IMG/VR virus record: IMGVR_UViG_3300010885_026047
Span: 32,001 to 96,000 of that record
Direction: 5' to 3' (one strand)
DNA: 64,000 bases
Origin: a virus
Below are positions 48,344 through 56,939 of this stretch, piece after piece; the first letter of the stretch is position 1, and each line of letters opens with the position of its first letter. Both the position numbers and the translations under genes were made by a program. The notes under the pieces are model-generated. The model was not told the DNA's origin. It searched no databases and saw only the letters and a list, made by a program, of their open reading frames with translations.

Positions 48344-49492
48344 ATGAACATACTCATAACCGGATCTGGAGGTTTTGTTGGCGGTCATCTTTGTAAACGA
48401 CTTTTAGAAGAAGGTCATACTGTTATAGGTGCAGATATCAAACCTATAACCGACTGGGATCAGTATAACTGTACAGACCATCACATAGTAGATCTTAGAG
48501 ATCAGTCAGCTATCGTATCTTTGTTTGGTTTATATGGTGTTTTTGACGAAGTATATACTTTAGCAGCAGACATGGGAGGTGCCGGTTACATCTTTACTGG
48601 AGAGCACGATGCTGATGTTATGCACAACTCGGCACAGATAAACCTAAACATAGCAAAAGCATGTGTTGACTATAAAGCAGGGAGAGTGTTCTACAGTAGT
48701 TCAGCTTGTATGTATAACCAAGACTATCAAGACGATCCGGCTAACCCTGGTTTAAAAGAGTATATGGGATGGCCTTTAAACCCTGATAGTGAGTACGGTG
48801 TAGAGAAAGGTTTCTCTGAACGTCTCTACAAAGCCTTTGAGAGAAACTACGGACTAACTGTACGGATAGCCAGGTTCCATAACATTTTCGGTCCACAAGG
48901 TACTTGGAAAGGTGGTAAAGAGAAAGCACCTGCAGCTATATGTAGAAAGGTTGCTGAGACACTTGAAGGTCCTCCAAAACACTACAAAAAGCTTACATGG
49001 GTAAAAGAGAATGGATCTACGGTACAGGACATAGTAAACACTAACTATACTATAACATATCCTCCTGTTTATAACACACTTATAAACGGTGAGAAAACTG
49101 CTGAAACTCTTGTACAAGGAGAACACTTAGACGATCTTTTTATACCGGGGACTATAGATATCTGGGGAGACGGTAAACAAACACGTAGCTTTCTCTACAT
49201 AGATGAGTGTATAGATGGGGTTATAAAACTGATGAGATCTGACTGTACAGATATAGTCAACATAGGTTCTGATGAGATGATCTCTATAAATGATCTGGCA
49301 AAGATGGTTATAGATATATCAGGTAAGAACTTAACTATCAACAACATAGATGGTCCTACCGGTGTAAGAGGGCGTAACTCCAACAACGATCTTATCTTTG
49401 AGAAACTTAACTGGAAACCGACACAACCACTTCGTACAGGTATGGAGAAACTTTATAACTGGGTAAACGAACAGGTATGCAGCAACAAGTAA
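48344..49492 (+). CDS. GDP-mannose 3',5'-epimerase-like SDR
   Basis: TGSGGFVG, LAADMGGAG, SSSAC.Y, YG.EK, RFHNIFGP, GGKEKAPAA.CRK, WGDGKQTRSF, GVRGRNS. Confidence 0.9.
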   Translation: MNILITGSGGFVGGHLCKRLLEEGHTVIGADIKPITDWDQYNCTDHHIVDLRDQSAIVSLFGLYGVFDEVYTLAADMGGAGYIFTGEHDADVMHNSAQINLNIAKACVDYKAGRVFYSSSACMYNQDYQDDPANPGLKEYMGWPLNPDSEYGVEKGFSERLYKAFERNYGLTVRIARFHNIFGPQGTWKGGKEKAPAAICRKVAETLEGPPKHYKKLTWVKENGSTVQDIVNTNYTITYPPVYNTLINGEKTAETLVQGEHLDDLFIPGTIDIWGDGKQTRSFLYIDECIDGVIKLMRSDCTDIVNIGSDEMISINDLAKMVIDISGKNLTINNIDGPTGVRGRNSNNDLIFEKLNWKPTQPLRTGMEKLYNWVNEQVCSNK

Positions 49493-49698
49493 ACGATCCG
49501 ATATGGCAAGTAGTTCTGCAGATAGAGAAGAACTACATGATGGTTTACAAGGGGCAAGATGTAACTGAGTTTATATCTGCTCCAGACAAAGAAGCAGCTA
49601 TAGACAAAGCACTTAGAGCTAACGATATGGAACGATCACATATACCTGAAGTAGCTACAGTAAAAGGAGTACGACAACTGGAAGAACATGAAGAGTAG
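49477..49698 (+). CDS. small hypothetical protein
   Basis: 73-aa ORF bridging the epimerase and TerL genes. Confidence 0.5.
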   Translation: MQQQVNDPIWQVVLQIEKNYMMVYKGQDVTEFISAPDKEAAIDKALRANDMERSHIPEVATVKGVRQLEEHEE

Positions 49699-51943
49699 CT
49701 ATAAGATACCCACTTGGAGTCCGGAGAAAAACTGGCACTACACAAAGTTTCCTAACAAGGAAGCTTTTCGTGTTTATGTCAAGTCCTTGTTTAAAGAACC
49801 GGGTAAGTACAAGTTTGACGAGACCAGTTTCAAGTTTAACGAACATAGTAGGTTTTTCACCAAGAACAAAGTATATACTATAGCACCTGAAGACTCACAA
49901 GACTTTTACGAGTACTGGGACACAGAAAAAGAGAAGTGTAAGAAGGGAGTTATTTTTCATAACGACAAAGGAGACAGTTGGTATCTGACTCGATGGTACT
50001 ACCACTGGATAAACTTCCTGCAGATATACGACAAGAGACCAAGTGTAAAGAGTTTCAACTTCCCGGATGTCATGGATCATCAGTATCATGTCTGTCTATA
50101 CGAGATGTGTGCTATACTCCATGGCAAAGACGAAGCTGCGTTAAAGAAACGGCAAATGGCTTGGTCATATATGCATGAGGCTCGTATGTATAACTGTTAC
50201 TTGTTTGATAGTGGTTTTGTTGGTAAGATGGTTGCTTCTGATAAGAAGTATATCAACGCTACTGGCGGTGAGTGGAAGTTCTTAGATGAGTATCATAACT
50301 TCAACAACACGCATACTGCATGGGCCTGTTCTAACAACCCTCACAAGGAGTTCTCCTGGAAGCAACAAGTAGAACAGAAAACAGTTGATGGTAGAAAGGT
50401 GTTTATAGGTTCAAAAGCAACTATCTCCGGGATAACTCTTGATAAAGACCCGATCAGTGGAGTAGGAGGTGCCTGTGACTTATGTATATATGTAGAAGGA
50501 GGTATAGCTCCAAGTGCAAACATCACACATGGGTTTATGAAACCAGCTATGAACTTTGGTGGGATAAAGACAGGTACGTTTAACATAGGAGGGTCTGTGG
50601 GTGATCTGGATCAGTGTGAACCACTAAAAGACATGATCGAAAACCCAGAAGGTCATGATATCTATGCTATAGAGTCTAACTTACTAGATGAGAACGGAAC
50701 TATAGGTATGACTGGTTTGTTTATACCGGAACAGTGGGGATATAGTGGAGAAACGGAAGAAACAAACTGTATAGACCAGTACGGTAACTCTCTGGTAGAA
50801 AAAGCACTGGAAGTACTTAACAAAAAGTATACTCAGGCAAAACTTACCAAAAAACACGAAGACTATCAACTGGCAGTATCACAAGGACCAAGAAACATAG
50901 CTGAAGCTTTTGCTATTCGTAAAGTATCTGTGTTCCCGGTAAGACACACTGCAGCACAAACAAAACGTATAGAAGACGGAGAAGTATATCTACGTTATGT
51001 AGAACTTGAAAGAGACGAAGATAACTCTATAAGTTTCAAGATAACTACAGATAGAAAACCCTGCCCATATCCGATAAAGTTGACTGAAGAAGACAAGAGA
51101 GGTGTGGTAGTTGTTCATGAGTTTCCTGGTAAGAGTCCTGAGTGGGGAGACTTTTACTTCTCTGTAGATCCAGTCGAAGTGGGCAAGTCCGAAACTTCGG
51201 ACTCCTTAGCAGCTATCTATATCTATAAGAACCCGGTTAAGGTTACACAGATAGACGAAGAAGGTAACAGTACAACATATATAGAACGTGGTAAGTTGGT
51301 ATGTGAGTGGGTAGGTAGGTATGATGACCCTAACGAAACCAACGAACAGCTATCCAAGGTAGTGGAGTGGTATAACGCATGGGGTATAAGTGAGAACAAC
51401 AAGACCTCTTTCAACAACTATATGATCCTCAAACGGAGAGTTAAACACTTAGCTCCTTCTACCGAGATGTTGTATGACAAAGAGATAGGAGTATCTCAGA
51501 ACGTTTACCAGAAGTTTGGTTGGTCTAAAACAGGCAGTAACGAAACAGGTATCTGGAAGAAGATGTTAACAGACGGTATCAACTATCTCTCTGAAGAGTT
51601 AAAAGAAGACAGAGATGAGGAAGATAAAGTTGTCAAGGTTCACTATGGAGTAGAACGTATACCGTTTATATGGCTTTTGAAAGAGATGCAAGAGTATCAG
51701 CCAAAGAAAAACTTTGACCGGGTTATAGCTTACTGTGCTCTTATATCTTTTGCTAAGATACAAGAAGCTGCCAGGGAGATCAAAGAGAAGACAGAGCGAG
51801 TATCGGATACGAACAAAAAGCATACCTTTACTAGGTCAAACTTTTTAAAGTCAGTAGGTAGACAGCAACAAGCAACTCAACAAAGACCTATGCAGATGTA
51901 CAGAAGTGTTGGCAAACAACAACTCACAGTTAAAAAGAAGTAG
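49688..51943 (+). CDS. terL: terminase large subunit
   Basis: LKKRQMAWSY Walker-A-like, YVEGG Walker-B-like, nuclease SVDP, ENN and NFDR motifs; upstream of the portal. Confidence 0.9.
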   Translation: MKSSYKIPTWSPEKNWHYTKFPNKEAFRVYVKSLFKEPGKYKFDETSFKFNEHSRFFTKNKVYTIAPEDSQDFYEYWDTEKEKCKKGVIFHNDKGDSWYLTRWYYHWINFLQIYDKRPSVKSFNFPDVMDHQYHVCLYEMCAILHGKDEAALKKRQMAWSYMHEARMYNCYLFDSGFVGKMVASDKKYINATGGEWKFLDEYHNFNNTHTAWACSNNPHKEFSWKQQVEQKTVDGRKVFIGSKATISGITLDKDPISGVGGACDLCIYVEGGIAPSANITHGFMKPAMNFGGIKTGTFNIGGSVGDLDQCEPLKDMIENPEGHDIYAIESNLLDENGTIGMTGLFIPEQWGYSGETEETNCIDQYGNSLVEKALEVLNKKYTQAKLTKKHEDYQLAVSQGPRNIAEAFAIRKVSVFPVRHTAAQTKRIEDGEVYLRYVELERDEDNSISFKITTDRKPCPYPIKLTEEDKRGVVVVHEFPGKSPEWGDFYFSVDPVEVGKSETSDSLAAIYIYKNPVKVTQIDEEGNSTTYIERGKLVCEWVGRYDDPNETNEQLSKVVEWYNAWGISENNKTSFNNYMILKRRVKHLAPSTEMLYDKEIGVSQNVYQKFGWSKTGSNETGIWKKMLTDGINYLSEELKEDRDEEDKVVKVHYGVERIPFIWLLKEMQEYQPKKNFDRVIAYCALISFAKIQEAAREIKEKTERVSDTNKKHTFTRSNFLKSVGRQQQATQQRPMQMYRSVGKQQLTVKKK

Positions 51944-51944
51944 T

Positions 51945-52616
51945 ATGGATAACATAGTTGTATACAGATATCTGAGAAACGATACAGGTTATCCTGTTTA
52001 TATAGGTATAGGTACTTTAAAACGTGCCAGAGATACAAAGAATGGACGGAGTGAGTTCTTTAAACGTATCAGAGATAAACATGGTATAGAGTTAGAGATA
52101 GTTGAAGAAAGGTTAGACTGGAACACTGCTGCTGAAAAAGAGAAGTGGTGGATAGCTTTATATGGTCGTATAGATAACGGTACAGGGATACTTTGTAACC
52201 TAACAGATGGTGGAGAAGGAAGGTTTGGTTGTAAATTATCACCTGAGAGTATCCAGAAGGGAAAAGATACAAAAGCAAGAAATGGGTTTAAAGGGATGCT
52301 AGGAAGAACTCATACTGAAGAAGTAAGACAAAGAATGTCTAAAAGTAGGCAGGGTAGAGAAGTCACAAAAGAGACAAGAAGAAAGATAAGTGAGAGTGAG
52401 AAAGAAAAGCCAAAACGTAGGACTGAGAAGTTTATACAAGCTATAGCTAACAGGATAGGTAAGACACACAATGTCAGAGCAGTTATAAACACCACTACAG
52501 GACAAGTATTTCCATCAGTTCGTCAAGCTGCAGAAAGTGCAGGTATCAGGGATGCCACATTGGGCAGGAAACTAAGAGGGGATAGGACAAACAACACAAG
52601 TTTTAAGTTTATATAA
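51945..52616 (+). CDS. GIY-YIG-like homing endonuclease with NUMOD3 repeats
   Basis: VYR....PVYIGIG...RA, E...I..YGR, LCNLTDGGEG, HTEEVRQRMS, ETRRKIS, C-terminal HTH. Confidence 0.85.
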   Translation: MDNIVVYRYLRNDTGYPVYIGIGTLKRARDTKNGRSEFFKRIRDKHGIELEIVEERLDWNTAAEKEKWWIALYGRIDNGTGILCNLTDGGEGRFGCKLSPESIQKGKDTKARNGFKGMLGRTHTEEVRQRMSKSRQGREVTKETRRKISESEKEKPKRRTEKFIQAIANRIGKTHNVRAVINTTTGQVFPSVRQAAESAGIRDATLGRKLRGDRTNNTSFKFI

Positions 52617-52628
52617 AACATACAAGAC

Positions 52629-55385
52629 ATGAGTATAGTTAGCGGCTACGAGTTATATAAGGGTAAAAAACTACCGGAGAATGACTACCCTACAAACAGT
52701 TTCTTCCAACCCTTGCAGTTCTTACCGAGTAAGTCTAAAGATAGCAGTTGGTATTGCCAGTGTCTGAATTACATAGACTGGCAGTCACTTATACAGTTAA
52801 GACGAAACGCTAACTGGATGATGAAAAACTACAAGTTAGCTATAGGTGAGATAGAAAAGAGTGATTATATACAACAGGATAGTGAGTATGCAGACATGAT
52901 AGAGTCCTTAGACCAAAGGGCTGGAGGTGTTCTGGAGTCTATGGAGATCAAAAACTATAGTTTTGCCAACACAGTTATCAACATACTTGATGACGAGTTT
53001 GCTAAAAGGGTTTCTCACATGTCCTTTTCTGATGGTAGTCCACAGTGGGCTAATGACATGCTTACCCAGAAAAAAGAGGACATAGAGCAAGTACTGGAGC
53101 AAAAAGCTATGATAAACCAGATGCTGCAGATGCAGAAGATGGGTATCGCTCCAGACAGTGACCAGGGTAAGCAGATGGTTGATCCAAACACTATCAAGTC
53201 CCTACCAGAGATACAGAAGTACTATAACAAGAGTTACCGGGATATATATCAACAGTGGGCCGAGAAACAGATGGTCTACGATAACGAAAGGTTCTGTATG
53301 CCTGAGTTAGAACGTGTCCAGTTCAGGAACATGTTGATAACAGATAGAGAGATATGGCACTTTCGTATGATGGAAAACGACTACAACCTTGAAGTCTGGA
53401 ACCCTCCACAAGTAGCTTACAGAAAGTCACCTGATGTAAGATACCTATCTGATGCTGCATGGGTATGTCATGTTACCTACCTGACAGTACCTGACTGTAT
53501 AGACAGACATGGTTGGAAGATGAGTGAAGAACAATTACTCTCTTTAAACACTATACACGGAGCAAGATCAGCTACTTATGCACTTGATGGTAAAGAACCA
53601 GATCAGTACTGGAGAGGTGACCAAAGTTACGACTGGAACAGAACAGGACCAGGTATAGGTATGAGACAAGCTTTATCTGTACTTGATAACGTATCTGGTT
53701 CCGGAGGTGATATAACTAGGGCCATCTTAAACCAGGGAGAAGACGTAGTAAACATCAACGGAGAGTTTATGGTTCGTGAGTCTACTATCTACTGGAAGAG
53801 TGAACGAAAGTTCTTTCACCTGACCAAGATAGATGATCAGGGGAACCAGATACAGGATATAGTAGGTGAAGACTACAAGGTTACCAGTAAACCTATGTAC
53901 AATACAGTTCTCTATCCTGAAAAGTGTAAAGAAACTTTGATATACGGAGAGCACTTAGATCCTTTGTGGTGTAACGAAACATGGGGAGGTATCCGTATAG
54001 GTACAAACGTTCCATCTATAGGTTGGCAGGGAACTTCTGCTACTTTTGCACCTATCTATCTGGGAACTACAGGACCAGTTCCATCAAGACTTCCGTTTCA
54101 GTTCAAAGGAGACAAGAACTTGTACGGAGCAAAACTACCTGTAGAAGGACGCATCTATAACGATCACAACACTAAGTCCAGAGCTTTCTTAGATAACCTG
54201 AAACCGTGGCAGATAGGTGTAAACATGACCATGAACCTTATCGTGGATACTATGGTTAACGATCTGGGAGTTATAGCTGGTATAGATCCTAATGCTATAG
54301 CTAAACACTCTTTGGGAGAAGACTGGGGACCTAACATCTGGTCTGCTGCTATAACAGTAGCAAAGAACACAGGTACTATGCCCATAAACTCTGCAGGTAG
54401 GGGTTCTGATGGACAACCTATAGGACATGATCCTTTACGAAGAGTGGACTTATCTCAGACAGACAGGTTGATGGGTCTTATGAAGATAGCTGACTGGTTC
54501 AAAACAAATGGCTTAGACAGTGTAGGTTTAAACCCAAGACGTACCGGAACACCTATAGGACAAGAAGCAACAGCTACTGAAGTTAAACAAGATGTAGCCA
54601 GTTCTTATAGCCATACGGAGTATCTCTTTACACAACATAGCGATGATGTTATGCCAAGAGTTCACCAAATGAGAACTGATCTTGCCCAGTACTATAACAG
54701 CACAAACCCATCTTTAAGACTACAGTATCTGACAGCTTCTGACGAACAGGTACTTTTCCAGATAGATGGAACTAAGCTACTAGGAAGAGACTTTAACTGC
54801 AAGAGCACAACTACAGTAAATGCCCGGTCTATCATGCAGAAGATAGAGCAGTTACTGATGACCGATAACACTTCCGGAGCAGACGTTTACGATAAGATAA
54901 AAGCTATCCAGACACCAAACTTATCAGCTCTAAACCAGGTAGTAGAACAGTTAGGTAAGAAGAAAGAACAAGAACAACAGGCTCAACAACAGGCAGAACA
55001 GCAACAAGCACAGGCAGAACAGCAACATCAGATGCAGATGCTACAAGAGAAACAGCAGTTTGAAGCTGAAGAGAATGCTAAAAAGATACAAGCAGAGAAC
55101 TATAGAGCAGAAATAGCAGCAGCGGCTAAAGCGGCTACTGGAAAACCTGCAGATGAGAGTGAAGGAGCTTACCAGGAAGCAACCAAGATGCAGCAACAAC
55201 AACAGATGCACACTGATAAGATATCCCTGGAACGTAGCAAAGAAGCCAACAAGAACTCTTTAGAGACACAGAAACTGGCACTTGGTAAACAGAAGTTACA
55301 GTCTGAGGATGCCAGAACCCGTCAGGAACTTCAGGTAGCGAAGATCAACCAAAAGACCAAGGAGAAAGAGAAGACAAAGAAGTAA
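52629..55385 (+). CDS. portal protein
   Basis: 918 aa between TerL and scaffold/MCP; NYKLA.G, KLPVEG, LKPWQI and Gln-rich coiled-coil C-terminus as in crAss-like portals. Confidence 0.85.
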   Translation: MSIVSGYELYKGKKLPENDYPTNSFFQPLQFLPSKSKDSSWYCQCLNYIDWQSLIQLRRNANWMMKNYKLAIGEIEKSDYIQQDSEYADMIESLDQRAGGVLESMEIKNYSFANTVINILDDEFAKRVSHMSFSDGSPQWANDMLTQKKEDIEQVLEQKAMINQMLQMQKMGIAPDSDQGKQMVDPNTIKSLPEIQKYYNKSYRDIYQQWAEKQMVYDNERFCMPELERVQFRNMLITDREIWHFRMMENDYNLEVWNPPQVAYRKSPDVRYLSDAAWVCHVTYLTVPDCIDRHGWKMSEEQLLSLNTIHGARSATYALDGKEPDQYWRGDQSYDWNRTGPGIGMRQALSVLDNVSGSGGDITRAILNQGEDVVNINGEFMVRESTIYWKSERKFFHLTKIDDQGNQIQDIVGEDYKVTSKPMYNTVLYPEKCKETLIYGEHLDPLWCNETWGGIRIGTNVPSIGWQGTSATFAPIYLGTTGPVPSRLPFQFKGDKNLYGAKLPVEGRIYNDHNTKSRAFLDNLKPWQIGVNMTMNLIVDTMVNDLGVIAGIDPNAIAKHSLGEDWGPNIWSAAITVAKNTGTMPINSAGRGSDGQPIGHDPLRRVDLSQTDRLMGLMKIADWFKTNGLDSVGLNPRRTGTPIGQEATATEVKQDVASSYSHTEYLFTQHSDDVMPRVHQMRTDLAQYYNSTNPSLRLQYLTASDEQVLFQIDGTKLLGRDFNCKSTTTVNARSIMQKIEQLLMTDNTSGADVYDKIKAIQTPNLSALNQVVEQLGKKKEQEQQAQQQAEQQQAQAEQQHQMQMLQEKQQFEAEENAKKIQAENYRAEIAAAAKAATGKPADESEGAYQEATKMQQQQQMHTDKISLERSKEANKNSLETQKLALGKQKLQSEDARTRQELQVAKINQKTKEKEKTKK

Positions 55386-55405
55386 GCTTTAATACAACTA
55401 TGTAG

Positions 55406-55433
55406 AAAGGGTTCCTAAAAAGGAGCCTTTTTT
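55406..55433 (+). terminator. intrinsic terminator
   Basis: AAGGGTTCCT/AGGAGCCTT plus T run. Confidence 0.7.
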
Positions 55434-55581
55434 AGTTTAAAGTGTGTTGTATAAAGAAAAACACTTATGAACTGATATAACCCTAAGCTATGGGATATTT
55501 CTATCTAGCCTCTGAAACATCCCTATCCGTATAGTTTGATAGTTGTTCGATGTAGTTTTACATAGAACCAACCAATATCTT

Positions 55582-56907
55582 ATGTTTGACAACGTATTTG
55601 AAACTAATCAACAGTCAGCCGGTACAGATGTACTGGACGGTATCTTTGGTACAAGCGGTACTAATGATATCCTGATGGCTAAACCAGAGGATAAGAAAGC
55701 TCTTGAACAAAAAGAGATAGCTGCCAATGTTTTGAAAAACGAAACACTGGACAAAGTTTTAGATAAGTCAGTTGAACAAGCTGCTGAAAACAAACTACTG
55801 AAAGAGAAAGAAGTAAAGACTGAACCTGTAGTAGTTGACGATAAGAAAGTTAAAGATATACTGGACAGTGCTATAACTGAAACACTTAAAACTGTCGAAG
55901 TAGAAGAAACAGAAGAACAACCTACTGCAGGTCGTCCCAAGACTGAGAAGAACACACTGATCAGTTATCTGAAAAAGAAAATAGAAACAAACGACTACGG
56001 TCTTCCTGATACTATAGAGTTTGATGCTACCAAGCAGTCACTTGATGATGTTCTGGCTAAACAGTCTGAAGAGTCTCTTCACTCTATACTAGATGCTAAT
56101 TGGGCAGCTAAAGAGAAAGCTCTTATAGACCAGACACCTACAGAGTTCTTTGAGTCACTTCCAGAGTCTTTACAGTATGCAGCTAAAGCAGTTGCTGCTG
56201 GTGCTGGAGAAGACCAACTACAGGATATATACAGGGCACTTTTCTGGGTAGAACAAGTTAAAGCACTTGATGAACGTAACGAAGATCATCAACCTGCCAT
56301 CATCCAGAACTATCTACAAGCTACTGGCTGGAAACAAGAAGCTATAGCTGAACAGATAGAAGAGTGGAAAGAGAACAACAAACTTGGAAAAAAAGCTGCT
56401 GAGTTCAAACCTATGTTGGACGAGATGCAGAAAGAACAGGTTGAAGGACAGATTCGTGCGCAGGAAGAACAGCGTAAACGAGAAGAACAACTAGCTAACT
56501 TCTACAGTGAAAACGTATATAAAACACTGGAAGGTAACCAGTTAGCTGGCGTAAAACTTGATAAAAAGTGGGCACGTCAACTGGCAGATAACATGACCAA
56601 CACAGTTCAGTCTCCATGGAACGGACAACCTGTTAACTACTTAGGTTATGGTTTACACAAGGCTCAGTTTGTAGAACCTGACTATGAAGCAGTTATGATA
56701 GCTGCCTGGGTTCTTAACGATAAGAAAGCAGCACTTGAAGCACTTGGTCAAAGATCAGCAAATGCTCAGGTAGAAAAAGATGTTAAACTGATAAAGGCCA
56801 ACCAACCTGGTTTTGGTACATCCGGTCAACCTCAGATAGCAGAACCAAAAAAACAGATAAAACGTATCAACACTTCAAACGTACTAAAGCGTCCAAGTGT
56901 AGTATAA
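55582..56907 (+). CDS. putative scaffolding protein
   Basis: acidic coiled-coil protein between portal and MCP. Confidence 0.7.
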   Translation: MFDNVFETNQQSAGTDVLDGIFGTSGTNDILMAKPEDKKALEQKEIAANVLKNETLDKVLDKSVEQAAENKLLKEKEVKTEPVVVDDKKVKDILDSAITETLKTVEVEETEEQPTAGRPKTEKNTLISYLKKKIETNDYGLPDTIEFDATKQSLDDVLAKQSEESLHSILDANWAAKEKALIDQTPTEFFESLPESLQYAAKAVAAGAGEDQLQDIYRALFWVEQVKALDERNEDHQPAIIQNYLQATGWKQEAIAEQIEEWKENNKLGKKAAEFKPMLDEMQKEQVEGQIRAQEEQRKREEQLANFYSENVYKTLEGNQLAGVKLDKKWARQLADNMTNTVQSPWNGQPVNYLGYGLHKAQFVEPDYEAVMIAAWVLNDKKAALEALGQRSANAQVEKDVKLIKANQPGFGTSGQPQIAEPKKQIKRINTSNVLKRPSVV

Positions 56908-56939
56908 CATAAAACATTCACAACTAAAACAAACACACA

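Noticed and set aside
36114-49492. Host capsule/LPS locus joined by mis-assembly or a prophage boundary
   Set aside because: The genes are translationally coupled to phage genes, a phage gene (37428..37988) lies inside, most share the phage's motif avoidance, and export/polymerase genes are absent
54960-55210. CAG/CAA-rich repeat
   Set aside because: It encodes the Gln-rich coiled coil of the portal C-terminus and is not an independent repeat element
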